This document shows, piece after piece, positions 1-10,828 of a stretch of DNA of 64,000 nt. The stretch spans positions 26,749-90,748 of IMG/VR virus record IMGVR_UViG_3300012000_000008; one strand, written 5' to 3'. A program made the translations under genes and the position numbers. How positions within the stretch are numbered: the stretch's first letter is position 1; the number at the start of each line of letters is the position of its first letter. A model generated the notes under the pieces. It saw nothing but the letters and a program-made list of their open reading frames with translations. It was not told the DNA's origin and made no database searches. This stretch comes from a virus.

Positions 1-987
1 AATGATACCAATCCAAACCCATTCCAGATTCAAATTTATGCAAAAGATCCAAACGGGACATCCAACAGCTACATAAATGCAGTAAGTGGTGGTCTTGTTA
101 TCCGTGGCCAGAATTCAGTGGGACTTTTAAACAATTATAACGCCACCATTTCACCTCAAATACAGGTTGCAAACAATGGCCAAGTAATATTTACCCCCAA
201 CATTCCTAATCAGAGCTATGGCACACCAGGCAATTTACTCAATGGTATCACCAGAGTTTTAAGCACTGCATATTTTGATAAAGATGTTCTTGTTGCTGGC
301 ACTCTAACAACGTCAATTCTATGTGCTTACAGTACCATAGTTTCTGAAACTACTGCTTTGAGTGTAATCAATAGTAGCAATGCAACAGAAACTGCAACAA
401 TTGTAAATACCAACCCCAATAATGCGCAAAACATCTTAAGAGTTTCAGGCAATTCAGGATCAGGTGTAACACCTTATATGATTGTTAAAGATAGTAACAC
501 CACCAGTGGCCCTGGTGTAGTGGCAATTAATGTTGAACCAGGATCTTTTGATACATATTCATTATTGCTTTCAGGCAGCTTAGGAGTCAATTCAATAGGA
601 GTTCCCAATGGTACGGACAAAGCTTACATCAGATCCAGTGACATTACTCTAGTTGGAGGCTCTGCAGGAACAGGCACAGTAACTGTGAGTGGCAATTTAA
701 GAACTTCACAGGACATAATTGCATTCTCTACATCTGATATTTCATTAAAAGAAAACATAAAACCAATTAGTAATGCATTAATAAAACTTAAAAAATTAAA
801 TGGTGTGCATTTTAAATGGAAAGATGGTACTGTTTACAACGGTGAAGACTATGGAGTAATTGCACAAGAAGTTGAACATATAATGCCTGAAATAGTTATC
901 ACCAGAGCAAATGGTAAGAAAGCAGTTAGATATGAAAAATTAATACCATTAATTATTGAAGCTATTAAAGAAATAGGAGATAGATAA
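1..987 (+). CDS. Tail fibre protein, C-terminal part, with peptidase S74 intramolecular chaperone domain (5'-truncated)
   Basis: Frame is open from position 1. The C-terminus SDISLKENI...GVIAQEVE...VRYEKLIPLIIEAIKE is the S74 signature. Confidence 0.85.
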   Translation, partial: NDTNPNPFQIQIYAKDPNGTSNSYINAVSGGLVIRGQNSVGLLNNYNATISPQIQVANNGQVIFTPNIPNQSYGTPGNLLNGITRVLSTAYFDKDVLVAGTLTTSILCAYSTIVSETTALSVINSSNATETATIVNTNPNNAQNILRVSGNSGSGVTPYMIVKDSNTTSGPGVVAINVEPGSFDTYSLLLSGSLGVNSIGVPNGTDKAYIRSSDITLVGGSAGTGTVTVSGNLRTSQDIIAFSTSDISLKENIKPISNALIKLKKLNGVHFKWKDGTVYNGEDYGVIAQEVEHIMPEIVITRANGKKAVRYEKLIPLIIEAIKEIGDR

Positions 988-988
988 A

Positions 989-1645
989 GTGGCTGCCGGT
1001 AATTTACCTACATCCGGCCCTGTAAGTTTTGGTGCAACAGCTGCTGCTGATAGTAGTTTAAATAATTTTGTAAATGTAAAAAGAATTACAGCCACCAATA
1101 CAGCTAATACATCTCTTTCTTCTCTTATATATTATTTTGAAAATTATGTTAAACCGCCTGGTGATCCAAGCAATGTTTTAATTCCCGGTCCTCCTTATGC
1201 TATTTCTGAAACAAGAAACTTAGAGATTATGGTGTTCCGTGTTTCCATTAAAAATGAATCTACCTCCACTTATGGAAATAATGATGATGCTGGTGTTTAT
1301 GTTCAAGTACTTACACCTGCTGGAAGAAACTATAATTTAAGCTGCACAGGTCTTGGCAGCACAACAGTAGCTGCTGGAGCAACCTATCTTTTTGGCGGTT
1401 ACAGTGGTGCATGGGATGCTAGTGCAACAAAAACTGTTACAATACAAGATGCTACAACTCTTGCAACAATGACTATAGATATTACACCAGCTTATTCTAC
1501 TGGTCAATCATATTCTACTTCAACTAGTACAGTAGCTGCACCTGCAGGCACAATTTATAATACCACAAACCCCAGTGTTGCAGGATCTGATTATCAAACT
1601 TTTTACAGTGGAAAATTAGACCCCTCAGGGAGACCAAATGGATAA
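989..1645 (+). CDS. Putative virion/tail-fibre-associated protein
   Basis: Thr/Ser/Gly-rich; the N-terminal LPTSGPVSF motif is common in proteins that follow S74 fibres. Confidence 0.55.
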   Translation: MAAGNLPTSGPVSFGATAAADSSLNNFVNVKRITATNTANTSLSSLIYYFENYVKPPGDPSNVLIPGPPYAISETRNLEIMVFRVSIKNESTSTYGNNDDAGVYVQVLTPAGRNYNLSCTGLGSTTVAAGATYLFGGYSGAWDASATKTVTIQDATTLATMTIDITPAYSTGQSYSTSTSTVAAPAGTIYNTTNPSVAGSDYQTFYSGKLDPSGRPNG

Positions 1646-2429
1646 TATTATTTTAATGCAGGAAAAAGCTAAAACTTTTATTGTTAAAGTATTTTATGAT
1701 AAAAGCGGATATGATTCATTTTTGTATTTTACAAACAATGGCACAGTTATAGAAAAAAGCAATTTGGAAGATAAAAAATGTTGTTTTTTTAACTTAATTA
1801 ATAACAATTTTTTAGAGATTGATTCAAAAAATATAACAGGGTTTGAAGTTGAGCATATTTCATTTAATAGTTATTGTAACCCAGAAAAAACAACAGAGTC
1901 TGAATTAATTGAACAAAAAAATAAAATTTATAATTTTATAGATACAATTAATAAGAAAATTAATTATGATTATGAAAACTTTTTTTATGTGAAGCAATTT
2001 CTAGATGAAAGCACTTTTTGTAGTAGATTTGCTTTAGAGTTTGATCAAATTAATGATAAAGATGCTTATATAAAAGAATTGTCTTTTTTAAAAAACACAT
2101 CGCGCAATTTCAAAACTACCTTTATTATTAAAAAATTTGGACTATCAAGCAATAAGTTTGATTCAGTAGATAATATTGAATTAGAAGGTTTTAAAGCAAA
2201 TTGGTTGCAGTACATTAATAACTTTGCAGCCATATTTATTGAATACTTAAAAACAGAAAATAATAAAATTACTGATAATGATATCGACTATAAAAAAGAA
2301 ATGGATAATTTAGTTAGTGAAATAGAAAAAGATATAAAAAATGTTAATCTTTCTGGTGCTAAAACAATTAATGAAGCATTGAGTCTCTGGCCTGTTTTAA
2401 TTTCTCCCCCACCATTTTTTATTGAATAA
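1638..2429 (+). CDS. Hypothetical protein
   Basis: 263-aa ORF coupled to both neighbours. Confidence 0.6.
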   Translation: MDNIILMQEKAKTFIVKVFYDKSGYDSFLYFTNNGTVIEKSNLEDKKCCFFNLINNNFLEIDSKNITGFEVEHISFNSYCNPEKTTESELIEQKNKIYNFIDTINKKINYDYENFFYVKQFLDESTFCSRFALEFDQINDKDAYIKELSFLKNTSRNFKTTFIIKKFGLSSNKFDSVDNIELEGFKANWLQYINNFAAIFIEYLKTENNKITDNDIDYKKEMDNLVSEIEKDIKNVNLSGAKTINEALSLWPVLISPPPFFIE

Positions 2430-3157
2430 TGTACAATTTATTAATTGCTACAACTTCTTGTAAAAAATATTTAAGCACAAGAGTAAACGCAATTAAAAAT
2501 TCTTGGAATTATAATGGTATTTATAAAAATTTTAAAATAACTCACTTATTCTTTATAGGAGGCAATGATGAAAAACAAGAAAATGATTTAATTACGTTAA
2601 AATGTAGAGATGATTATTGTTCATTATCTGGTAAAACCTATAGTGTTTTAAAATATATCAATGATAATTTACATTTTGATTATCTTATTAAGACAAATGA
2701 CGATAGTTATGTAAACATTGAAAAATTTTGTGATTCAAATTTTGAAAATTATGATTATGGTGGCTATTGCTGTATTAATACAGATATGGATGTTTTACAA
2801 CAAACAGATTTTGCACAGGGTGGGTTTTATTTTCTTTCTTGCAAATCAACAGAATATATTTTAAATACTGAAGGGGAACTATCACTTTTAAATAATCTTA
2901 ATAGTTCTATTGAAGATCAGAACATTGGCAGAATAATGGCGCAAAAAAATAATCTTAAATTCTTAAAATTAAATAATTTTCCAAAAATTGATATGCCTTT
3001 TCATATTTGCGAGGAAGGTATGAGCATACACCCTGTTCATCATACATTAATGAGAGAACTTTATACCAATAAAAACCATTTTAATAAACAATTAAGTATT
3101 TTAAAATATAAATCATTTACAAGTGATTATGGTATAAGAAGAACAATAAAAAAATGA
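2429..3157 (+). CDS. Glycosyltransferase, GT31/galactosyltransferase-like
   Basis: Motifs DDYCSLSGKT, KTNDDSYVN, FAQGGFYFLS and IEDQNIG. Confidence 0.75.
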   Translation: MYNLLIATTSCKKYLSTRVNAIKNSWNYNGIYKNFKITHLFFIGGNDEKQENDLITLKCRDDYCSLSGKTYSVLKYINDNLHFDYLIKTNDDSYVNIEKFCDSNFENYDYGGYCCINTDMDVLQQTDFAQGGFYFLSCKSTEYILNTEGELSLLNNLNSSIEDQNIGRIMAQKNNLKFLKLNNFPKIDMPFHICEEGMSIHPVHHTLMRELYTNKNHFNKQLSILKYKSFTSDYGIRRTIKK

Positions 3158-3816
3158 AACAATTAGTATTTTTAGTAAATATTACAAAAATTGAACATAT
3201 ACTAAATTTTTCAAATTTTTATTATATTACTGATAAAAAATTCACTATTAATGCAGATAATATTATAAAAGTCGATGTAGAGGACAAATATGAAAATTTA
3301 GCACTTAAAACTTTTTTAGGGTATAAAGAATTTAAAAGAAAAAATATTAAGTTTGACTTTTTATGTAGAGTTGACACTGATACTTATATAGATTTTAAAA
3401 ATCTATATAATTCAAAATTTGAAAATAGAAAAAATTATGGATTTATAAATTATGGAAATAGCTTTTTACACGAAAAAAATTTTAATAAATTTCCTTTTTC
3501 TCCAGGGTTTACAGAATATTTTTTAGGAGGTGGCTATATGATCAACAAAGATTCATTTAATAATTTAAAAATAGACCATTTTATTAATTTAATATATGGA
3601 AATATAGAAAAAAATGTTGATATGTGTTTTGAAGATGTGATTACTAGCTTAGCATTAAAAGAACAAAATCAAACCATGGTACATTCAGGAGCATGGATAG
3701 ACAAGAAAAATAACTGTACTTCTTCTTGCAACAATTCTTTTTTTCATTCTTTAAAATTTTATAATGAAAAAAAATTTAAACTTATAAATAAATTACAAAA
3801 CAAAAATTTAGCTTAA
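3154..3816 (+). CDS. Glycosyltransferase, GT31-like
   Basis: Motifs DKYENLALKT, RVDTDTYI, GGGYMI and FEDVIT. Confidence 0.7.
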   Translation: MKQLVFLVNITKIEHILNFSNFYYITDKKFTINADNIIKVDVEDKYENLALKTFLGYKEFKRKNIKFDFLCRVDTDTYIDFKNLYNSKFENRKNYGFINYGNSFLHEKNFNKFPFSPGFTEYFLGGGYMINKDSFNNLKIDHFINLIYGNIEKNVDMCFEDVITSLALKEQNQTMVHSGAWIDKKNNCTSSCNNSFFHSLKFYNEKKFKLINKLQNKNLA

Positions 3817-4298
3817 TTATTTTTTAAAATATAACAATTATAATAATTTTTAAAGCCCAAATTAAAAGCACCTTTTTGACTCAATATATTTTCTGGATGA
3901 ATTTTTGCAATTAAATATGGTACTTGTTTTTTGTGTTTTCTTAAAATTTTATAAAAAATATCATATAACATAAAATTGTTTTTATCTCTAATAATTTTTT
4001 TAAATTTATTTTTAATTAATTTTAAATGTTTTGTATTTAAAAAAACTGCAAGCTCTAAATTTTTAGATATATAAATTTCTGCAAACGGCATTTTTCTATA
4101 AGTTATTATATAAAAAGCAAGATAATTTTTTTTTCTTAGTTTTTTTACATGCTCATTAAAAGAAGGTAACTGTTTTTGCTGGCTTTCAGATTCTATTTCT
4201 ATATTTTTTTTTTGAAATCTTTCTCTAAGTGTATCATATGTAAATTCTAAATGATTCTTATTATATGTGTCCAAGAATTGCATTTGTATATACTGCAT
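3813..4298 (-). CDS. GNAT-like acetyltransferase (PseH/RimL-like)
   Basis: C-terminal AKIHPENILSQKGAFNLGF resembles the GNAT motif; PSFNEH near the N-terminus. Confidence 0.5.
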   Translation of the reverse strand: MQYIQMQFLDTYNKNHLEFTYDTLRERFQKKNIEIESESQQKQLPSFNEHVKKLRKKNYLAFYIITYRKMPFAEIYISKNLELAVFLNTKHLKLIKNKFKKIIRDKNNFMLYDIFYKILRKHKKQVPYLIAKIHPENILSQKGAFNLGFKNYYNCYILKNN

Positions 4299-4312
4299 GT
4301 AACTATTTATAA

Positions 4313-4918
4313 GTGAAAAATACAGATCTACAGTTGCTTTATAAAACAGTAAATCTTTTTGAACAAAATTTATGTAATTACACAGGAAGCAAATATGCAG
4401 TATCTGTTGACTGCTGTACCAATGCTCTTTTGTTATGCTTTCAGTATTTAAATCCTAAAACTATTATTTTGCCTAAAAATACTTTTATTGGTGTGGCATC
4501 AGCTGCAACTCATTTAGGAATAAGAGTAAAATTTAAAGATATAAAATGGAATGGTATGTATAAAATAGAACCATTAAATGTATTTGATTGTGCAAGAAGA
4601 TTCACAAGCAACATGTACATAAAAAATTCATTTATGTGTTTATCTTTTCATTACAAAAAACATTTAAAAATAGGCAGGGGTGGCGCTATTCTCTTAGATA
4701 ACTATGAAGCTTATGAATGGTTTTTAAAAGCTAGAAATTGTGGTAAAGATATAAGTCTTCCTCTGTTTAAACAGACCTTTGACGTTTGTGGTTGGAATAT
4801 GCTTTTGCATCCTGAACTTGCTAAAAAAGGAATTAAATTATTAAAAAAAATGCCTAAAAATAATCTAGATCTACCATATGAGTTCTATGGCAATCTAAAC
4901 AAACAAATTACATATTAA
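4313..4918 (+). CDS. Short DegT/DnrJ/EryC1 family PLP sugar aminotransferase
   Basis: Motifs YAVSVDCCTNAL, DCA and CLSFHYKKHLKIGRGGAIL; much shorter than typical family members. Confidence 0.8.
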   Translation: MKNTDLQLLYKTVNLFEQNLCNYTGSKYAVSVDCCTNALLLCFQYLNPKTIILPKNTFIGVASAATHLGIRVKFKDIKWNGMYKIEPLNVFDCARRFTSNMYIKNSFMCLSFHYKKHLKIGRGGAILLDNYEAYEWFLKARNCGKDISLPLFKQTFDVCGWNMLLHPELAKKGIKLLKKMPKNNLDLPYEFYGNLNKQITY

Positions 4919-6204
4919 ACATGAAATCCGCGTTTTTCTTCAGCAAAAGGAAAATTATTTTGTTCTAAATAAAATCTTAACGGCGATTTATAATATTTGT
5001 TTTTTAATTCTGGAGATAACCATAGAAACTCTTGTACTAATTTTTTATCTAAGAACGGATATCTAGCTTCTATACCCAAACAACCCATCACATACTCGTC
5101 CTTAGTAATGTATTCCTTCATAGTACCATTATAAAAGTTTTTCCAAGGAAAATATTGTGCTAAATTATCAGGAAAAACACCTTTAAAACAAGAAGTACCA
5201 TCTAATTCATAAATATTTTTTATAAAATAATCGCCCATTATTTCATCACATCCAGTACCAGAAAGAAAAATTTTACAATTATTCATTTTGCCTTTTTTTC
5301 CTATAAACAACAAAGGCAATGTAGAAGAATCTTTTATAAAATGGTATTCAGTGTTTTCTTGTAATTCACAGTATTTACGCAAAAAAACTGTTAAAAGAGA
5401 ATTATTAAATTTGTTATAAAATATAAATTCAGTATTTTTTAATAACAATTTTCTTTGTTCTAAAACCTCTATATTTTCATTATTTAAAATACTAAAACAA
5501 TGAAAATTTTTATTTAAATTTAATAATTCTGCTGCTATACATCCACTGTCGTACCCGCTACTTAAACCTATAAAAATTTTTTTATCTGTATTGCTTCTTT
5601 TAAAAATGGATTCTTTAAAGGCTGCAATCCAATCGTTGTAAGAGGTTTTATATTGATTTAAATCAAAAACAGTATTTGTAATATGGTTTATACTATCAGG
5701 TGTTTCGAATACAATAGTTGTATTAGGAGCACAAGGCATTATATTTTTTAAATTTAAACTTATAAGTGCGCTCTTGTAAGTGCTAGCGTGAACCCCTCTA
5801 TCTGTAGAAAAATATATTGGTTTTGTTTTAAAAGTATCTGTTGTAACTAAAATTTTTTTTAAATTATTGTCTTTTAATATTATAGCAAACTCACCATCTA
5901 AATATTTTGCATAATTATCACCGTATTTAAGATAGCATTCTATAATAAAATCTGCTTCATCAATTCCAACATAATTATAAATTTCACCGTTAAAAATTAC
6001 TTCTATATTTTTTTTAACTCTTGGTTGTAGACAATCACCTGTTATTTTTAATTGATTATGTATAAATGTACCACCATTGTTTTTAAGGACTGATGTTTTA
6101 TCAGGACCTCTAAAACACATTAAACTATTGGCCAAACAAATTTCTTGTTCAGTTAATAATTTAGAAGTATATAAAATACTACACATATTTTTTATACTCC
6201 TCAA
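4915..6204 (-). CDS. Asparagine synthetase-like glutamine amidotransferase
   Basis: Motifs FRGPD, FNGEIYN, LSSGYDS, SGTGCDE and EARYPFLD. Confidence 0.85.
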   Translation of the reverse strand: MRSIKNMCSILYTSKLLTEQEICLANSLMCFRGPDKTSVLKNNGGTFIHNQLKITGDCLQPRVKKNIEVIFNGEIYNYVGIDEADFIIECYLKYGDNYAKYLDGEFAIILKDNNLKKILVTTDTFKTKPIYFSTDRGVHASTYKSALISLNLKNIMPCAPNTTIVFETPDSINHITNTVFDLNQYKTSYNDWIAAFKESIFKRSNTDKKIFIGLSSGYDSGCIAAELLNLNKNFHCFSILNNENIEVLEQRKLLLKNTEFIFYNKFNNSLLTVFLRKYCELQENTEYHFIKDSSTLPLLFIGKKGKMNNCKIFLSGTGCDEIMGDYFIKNIYELDGTSCFKGVFPDNLAQYFPWKNFYNGTMKEYITKDEYVMGCLGIEARYPFLDKKLVQEFLWLSPELKNKYYKSPLRFYLEQNNFPFAEEKRGFHV

Positions 6205-6961
6205 TTAATTTTTTTAAAGTTAAAAATTTATTTTGAGGTGCATCGTTTTTGTTATTTAAAATATAGGGGTCGAAATTATTTTTTAATAGTTGATCATTAG
6301 AAAACCATGGTTTTTTCTTACCAACAAAATGAACTATTTTTGCAGTTTTTAGAGTGTTAAGATTTAAGTTTTCAGTAGTTACAAGATATTCTTCAGGCAA
6401 TTTATATGTTTTATTTTTAAAAATTTTATTAAACACCCCTTGATTACCATGCCATTTAAATTTTGTTAATAAAGAAATAGCTTCATTATAATTCTCTTCA
6501 GTTAAATATTTTTTTCCTATAACCATTAATCCTGCATTAAACCCCCCATTAAAATTTAAGATTTTTTCATCAGCTTCAGTCATTTTTTGATTTATAACTG
6601 CACAGAAATCATGATTACAATTAAAAAGTAAACTTATGTCACCTCTGCAAAGCATATCTGTATCTAAATAAATGACCTTATCATATTCAGATAATAAGAA
6701 TATTTCAAATCTGCAAGCAGGGGTTAATGACCAATTGTACGAAAACCTTAAATTTTTCTTATATTTAAGCTTGTCAAAATATTTAAATTCTATATTTTTA
6801 TAAATTTTTAATAAGCTTTCTTTATTTTCCTTTTTGAAATTTTTTTCAACAAAAATTAAATACGGTATTTCTAATTTATTATGTGTAATCAAGCTTTTTA
6901 AAAAGATTTTCATACCAGGTATAAAATCTTCCGTTACAAAAGAAACAAAACACATTTTCAT
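6179..6961 (-). CDS. Glycosyltransferase family 8
   Basis: Motifs YLDTDML, FNAGLMV, GNQG and HFVGKKKPW. Confidence 0.85.
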   Translation of the reverse strand: MKMCFVSFVTEDFIPGMKIFLKSLITHNKLEIPYLIFVEKNFKKENKESLLKIYKNIEFKYFDKLKYKKNLRFSYNWSLTPACRFEIFLLSEYDKVIYLDTDMLCRGDISLLFNCNHDFCAVINQKMTEADEKILNFNGGFNAGLMVIGKKYLTEENYNEAISLLTKFKWHGNQGVFNKIFKNKTYKLPEEYLVTTENLNLNTLKTAKIVHFVGKKKPWFSNDQLLKNNFDPYILNNKNDAPQNKFLTLKKLIEEYKKYV

Positions 6962-7713
6962 AAATAAATTAACGAATCATCGGTATTTAATAAAAAAAAA
7001 TTTTTGTTATAAAAAACTTCTTTTTCATATTCTTCTACTGCTGCTAGAAGCACTTTATGAGGATTAAAAATAACTTTATTATTCTTAACGGTTTTTCCAA
7101 AATTATGATAAATTTTATTTATTATATTTTTTACAATTTTAGCAGGGCCCGCAATCAAATCATCTCTTAAAATAGCATTAGAACAAAAAGATGTTTTATC
7201 AATACATTGTTTTTCAATAGTAATTATCTTCTCTTCAGATAAAAAAGTTTTTAACCATTCTGTTTTAGAACAAAATAAATTGAGTTTATTAAAATTAAAA
7301 TTTATTTCTTCTTTTATTAAGCAATCTGGTCTTGTTAAAATTATAAAATCATAACTATTATCAACTAGTTCTAATACTTTATTTTTTTTTCTTAAAGACT
7401 TTAATTGATTTAAAAATGCTGCAGTTAAATTATTTAAAAATAATTTTGAAGCTATATTTTCCTTTGATCTTAAAGTAGAGTCACAAATTTCGTCTTCTTT
7501 TTCCAACACAATTTTTTTAGTATTTGTTAAGCTAAAGCTATATTCAGATACCAAATCTTTAAAATTATAAAACCTTTTATCATTTAAATAAGATTTAGTG
7601 GTGTAACTATGAATAAAAATATCACAATTGTATTTTTTTATTGTTTTTTCTAAACCAATTTTACAGTACGGATAATGTCTAAAATGGCCGGCTAAACATA
7701 GAGCAGTTTTCAT
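6958..7713 (-). CDS. Putative glycosyltransferase-like protein
   Basis: MKTALCLAGHFR N-terminus and YDFIILTRPD motif, typical of viral glycan islands. Confidence 0.55.
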   Translation of the reverse strand: MKTALCLAGHFRHYPYCKIGLEKTIKKYNCDIFIHSYTTKSYLNDKRFYNFKDLVSEYSFSLTNTKKIVLEKEDEICDSTLRSKENIASKLFLNNLTAAFLNQLKSLRKKNKVLELVDNSYDFIILTRPDCLIKEEINFNFNKLNLFCSKTEWLKTFLSEEKIITIEKQCIDKTSFCSNAILRDDLIAGPAKIVKNIINKIYHNFGKTVKNNKVIFNPHKVLLAAVEEYEKEVFYNKNFFLLNTDDSLIYL

Positions 7714-7755
7714 TAATTTATTGATATTTAATATTGAAGAAGCTATAATAAAGAT

Positions 7756-8622
7756 ATGATTTTATTGACTGGATCAAGCGGGTTTATTGGTAAACATATT
7801 TACAATATACTTAAAAAATATTATGGTGTCATTCCTTATGATAAAAAATGTGGCAAAGATCTTTTAAATATAAAACAACTTGAAAAATCTATACAAAAGT
7901 GTGAAATTGTTGTGCATGCTGCAGCTGAAGCAAATTTTGAAAATATGGAAGTTTTTGATAAAAGCTATTCAAGCACTTCTATGAATATACAAGGCACTCA
8001 TAATATTGCGCATTTATGCTCTAAACATGAAAAAAAATTAATTTTTATCTCTACGTGTTGTGTGTATGGAAATGCTAGTAAATTTGTAGAAGAAATTAAG
8101 GTATATCCTAAAGATCTTTATAGTTTTTCTAAACTAGCTGGTGAAAATATTATTTTTGGATATCACAAAAATTTTGATTTACAATTTATTATTTTAAGAA
8201 TAGCTACCTGCTATGGTCCTAATATGAGACCTGAGTTAGGCATTGCAAAATTTATTTATAATGCCAGCAAGAACATACCACTTCCTATACATGGTAATGG
8301 AAAGCAAACCCGTACATTTACACATGTATACGATATTGCACAGGGGGTATTAAAATCAATAAAGTTTTTTAATATAGCAAAAAATAATATTATAAATATA
8401 AGTACCACTGAACAGACCTCAGCATTACAAGCTGCAAAAGACATCATAAGACTGTGTAAAAGCAAATCACCACTACAGTTTGTTAAACAAAGAAAACATC
8501 AAATTTTTAAGGAAAATGTGAGCAACCATAAAGCTATGCAACTTTTAAAATGGTCCCCTAAGTATAATTGGCAAAAAGGAATATGCCAAACCATTAAAAC
8601 ATATGTTAATCAAAAATATTGA
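7756..8622 (+). CDS. NAD-dependent epimerase/dehydratase
   Basis: TGSSGFIG Rossmann motif, YxxxK (YSFSK), GNGKQTRTF. Confidence 0.9.
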   Translation: MILLTGSSGFIGKHIYNILKKYYGVIPYDKKCGKDLLNIKQLEKSIQKCEIVVHAAAEANFENMEVFDKSYSSTSMNIQGTHNIAHLCSKHEKKLIFISTCCVYGNASKFVEEIKVYPKDLYSFSKLAGENIIFGYHKNFDLQFIILRIATCYGPNMRPELGIAKFIYNASKNIPLPIHGNGKQTRTFTHVYDIAQGVLKSIKFFNIAKNNIINISTTEQTSALQAAKDIIRLCKSKSPLQFVKQRKHQIFKENVSNHKAMQLLKWSPKYNWQKGICQTIKTYVNQKY

Positions 8623-9343
8623 ATATGAAATTGTGGAGCATTGCAATTTAAGATGTAAAAATTGCAATAAGTTTAGTTATATTAAAGAACACAATTGCAT
8701 TGATATAGATCAGATAAAAAAAGACTTTTTTTTATTAAGCAAAAGATTTACACTTGAAAATTTTACCATCCTAGGCGGTGAACCGTTGCTTCACCCTGAT
8801 TTAAACAATATAATTTTACTAGCAAAAAAGGCATTTAATAATAGTGCTATAAAAATAATTACAAACGGTGCTTTATTTTTTAAAAAAGATTTTATTTTTT
8901 TAAATCTCTTATCAGCAAAAAACATAACTTTAGAAATTTCCAAATATGAACTTAATATTGATTATGAAAAAATAAAAAATATTTGCAAAAAATTTAATAT
9001 TAATTTTATTTTAACTGAAAAGCAATATTTTAAAGATTTTGTTGATAAAAGCGGTTCATGCGATCCAGACAAAAGTTTTAAAAGATGTAGAGAATTGGTT
9101 TATTGCCCAAGTTTTTTTAATGGTAAACTCTTTCAATGCGGATATTCAAAAAGCAGCGAATTTTTAACTAAAACAAGCAGACTTTCAAATTTTGCTTTAG
9201 ATAAAGGTATAGATATAAGCAGCACAGATGAACAAATTTACAAATATTTGACTGCACCTGTTCCAACTTGTAAATTTTGTAGTGTTGATGCAGAGTTTCA
9301 TCCATGGAGGCAACTAAGCTCACAGGAAATAAAAAATATATGA
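8603..9343 (+). CDS. Radical SAM protein
   Basis: CNLRCKNC (CxxxCxxC), GGEPLLHP and a C-terminal CKFC. Confidence 0.9.
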   Translation: MLIKNIEYEIVEHCNLRCKNCNKFSYIKEHNCIDIDQIKKDFFLLSKRFTLENFTILGGEPLLHPDLNNIILLAKKAFNNSAIKIITNGALFFKKDFIFLNLLSAKNITLEISKYELNIDYEKIKNICKKFNINFILTEKQYFKDFVDKSGSCDPDKSFKRCRELVYCPSFFNGKLFQCGYSKSSEFLTKTSRLSNFALDKGIDISSTDEQIYKYLTAPVPTCKFCSVDAEFHPWRQLSSQEIKNI

Positions 9344-10104
9344 ATGTTTGTTTTTTTTATTCAGTTTATAATAGATATAATATACTAAAACAAAACTTAA
9401 CTCTTTTAAAAAATAACAATATTTCCAACATAGTATTTTTAATTGATAAGACTAAAAGCTATAACTTAAATAACTTAAAAGCAATTAATTTAGTTAAAAA
9501 TTCAAATTTAATTTACAAAGTTAATACTTCACACAAAGGCTCTTTCTGTACTTTTATAGATTTTTTTTATAATTTAAAAAAATTTCCTGACTATTCTATT
9601 TTTATAGAGGATGACTGTTTGCTTACAAATGAGTTCTTTGAATTTCATAATATGGTATCAAACAACTTAAGCTATTTTATTAAAAATAATATAGCCTTGG
9701 TTTCACCGTTTGGTTTTAACTATGCTACTGACAATAATTTTAGTTTATCTAACATTGATTGCAGTCTTATAAAAGGAAATCTGTGGGGATGTGGTTATAT
9801 TGCGCCTTTTATAGAGCAGTTTTTTAAAGAAAAAAAATTTAATGCAGATGGTACTTTTTATTTGGATTTAAATGTCCTTAATTATTTTTCTTCACAGAAT
9901 AAAAGTATAGCTGTTGCTAGTCACAATCTTATTTCTTATGAGGGCCTAAAAGATAGTAGAGATTACGATCAATTAAAACACTGTATTGATCATCCCATGT
10001 TTAAAGCTAATTTAAATTTTAAAGAGCTAAACATAGAATTTAACAATAATAATCATTCATTCCTACAAAAACATAATTTTTTTAGAAATAATTGCATTTG
10101 TTAA
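9304..10104 (+). CDS. Putative glycosyltransferase (GT-A fold)
   Basis: IFIEDDCL and LWGCG motifs; island context. Confidence 0.55.
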   Translation: MEATKLTGNKKYMNVCFFYSVYNRYNILKQNLTLLKNNNISNIVFLIDKTKSYNLNNLKAINLVKNSNLIYKVNTSHKGSFCTFIDFFYNLKKFPDYSIFIEDDCLLTNEFFEFHNMVSNNLSYFIKNNIALVSPFGFNYATDNNFSLSNIDCSLIKGNLWGCGYIAPFIEQFFKEKKFNADGTFYLDLNVLNYFSSQNKSIAVASHNLISYEGLKDSRDYDQLKHCIDHPMFKANLNFKELNIEFNNNNHSFLQKHNFFRNNCIC

Positions 10105-10123
10105 AAAGTTTTTAAATAATTTT

Positions 10124-10828
10124 ATGCAAATATTAATACCCATGGCAGGAATGGGGTTAAGATTTAAAAATGCTGGTTTTGAAGTACCTAAACCGCTCAT
10201 TAAAGTTAAAAATAAAACCCTCATTGAACATTCTGTAGAGACACTCAATATTAGCGGCCAATACATTTTTATAACAAGAAAATACTGGAATGAGTATGAT
10301 TCTATATTGTCTGAAATATTAAAAAAATTAAGTCCCGATTCTATTGAAATTAAAATTGACTACAATACAAATGGAAGTGTTGATTCATGTCTTTTATCTG
10401 AACCTTTTTTAAAAAAAAATGATGAATTAATAACTACTAACTGTGATCAATATTTAAAATGGAACTCAAATGAGTTTCTGCACTATATGAATAGCAACCA
10501 AGCAGCAGGTGGTATTCTTACTTTTACTTCTACTGATCCTAGACATTCTTTCGCAAAAATAAATCAAAATAGAGTTATACAAATTGTAGAAAAAAAAGCT
10601 ATTAGTAATTGTTCACTTGTAGGTGTACATTATTTTAAAAAGAGTAAGTATTTTTTATATTCTGGAAAAAAATTAAAAAAGATAGTTAAAAACAGAGAAT
10701 GCTATGTTTCTGAAACATATAATTTATTAATTGAAAAAAAATTAAAAGTAATTTATTTTAATTTAGAAAATGGGTACTATCCCCTAGGTGTTCCTGAGGA
10801 TTTAAATAATATAAATGAAATTGTTTAA
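10124..10828 (+). CDS. Sugar-phosphate nucleotidyltransferase
   Basis: IPMAGMGLRF...PKPLI; LGVPEDL. Confidence 0.85.
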   Translation: MQILIPMAGMGLRFKNAGFEVPKPLIKVKNKTLIEHSVETLNISGQYIFITRKYWNEYDSILSEILKKLSPDSIEIKIDYNTNGSVDSCLLSEPFLKKNDELITTNCDQYLKWNSNEFLHYMNSNQAAGGILTFTSTDPRHSFAKINQNRVIQIVEKKAISNCSLVGVHYFKKSKYFLYSGKKLKKIVKNRECYVSETYNLLIEKKLKVIYFNLENGYYPLGVPEDLNNINEIV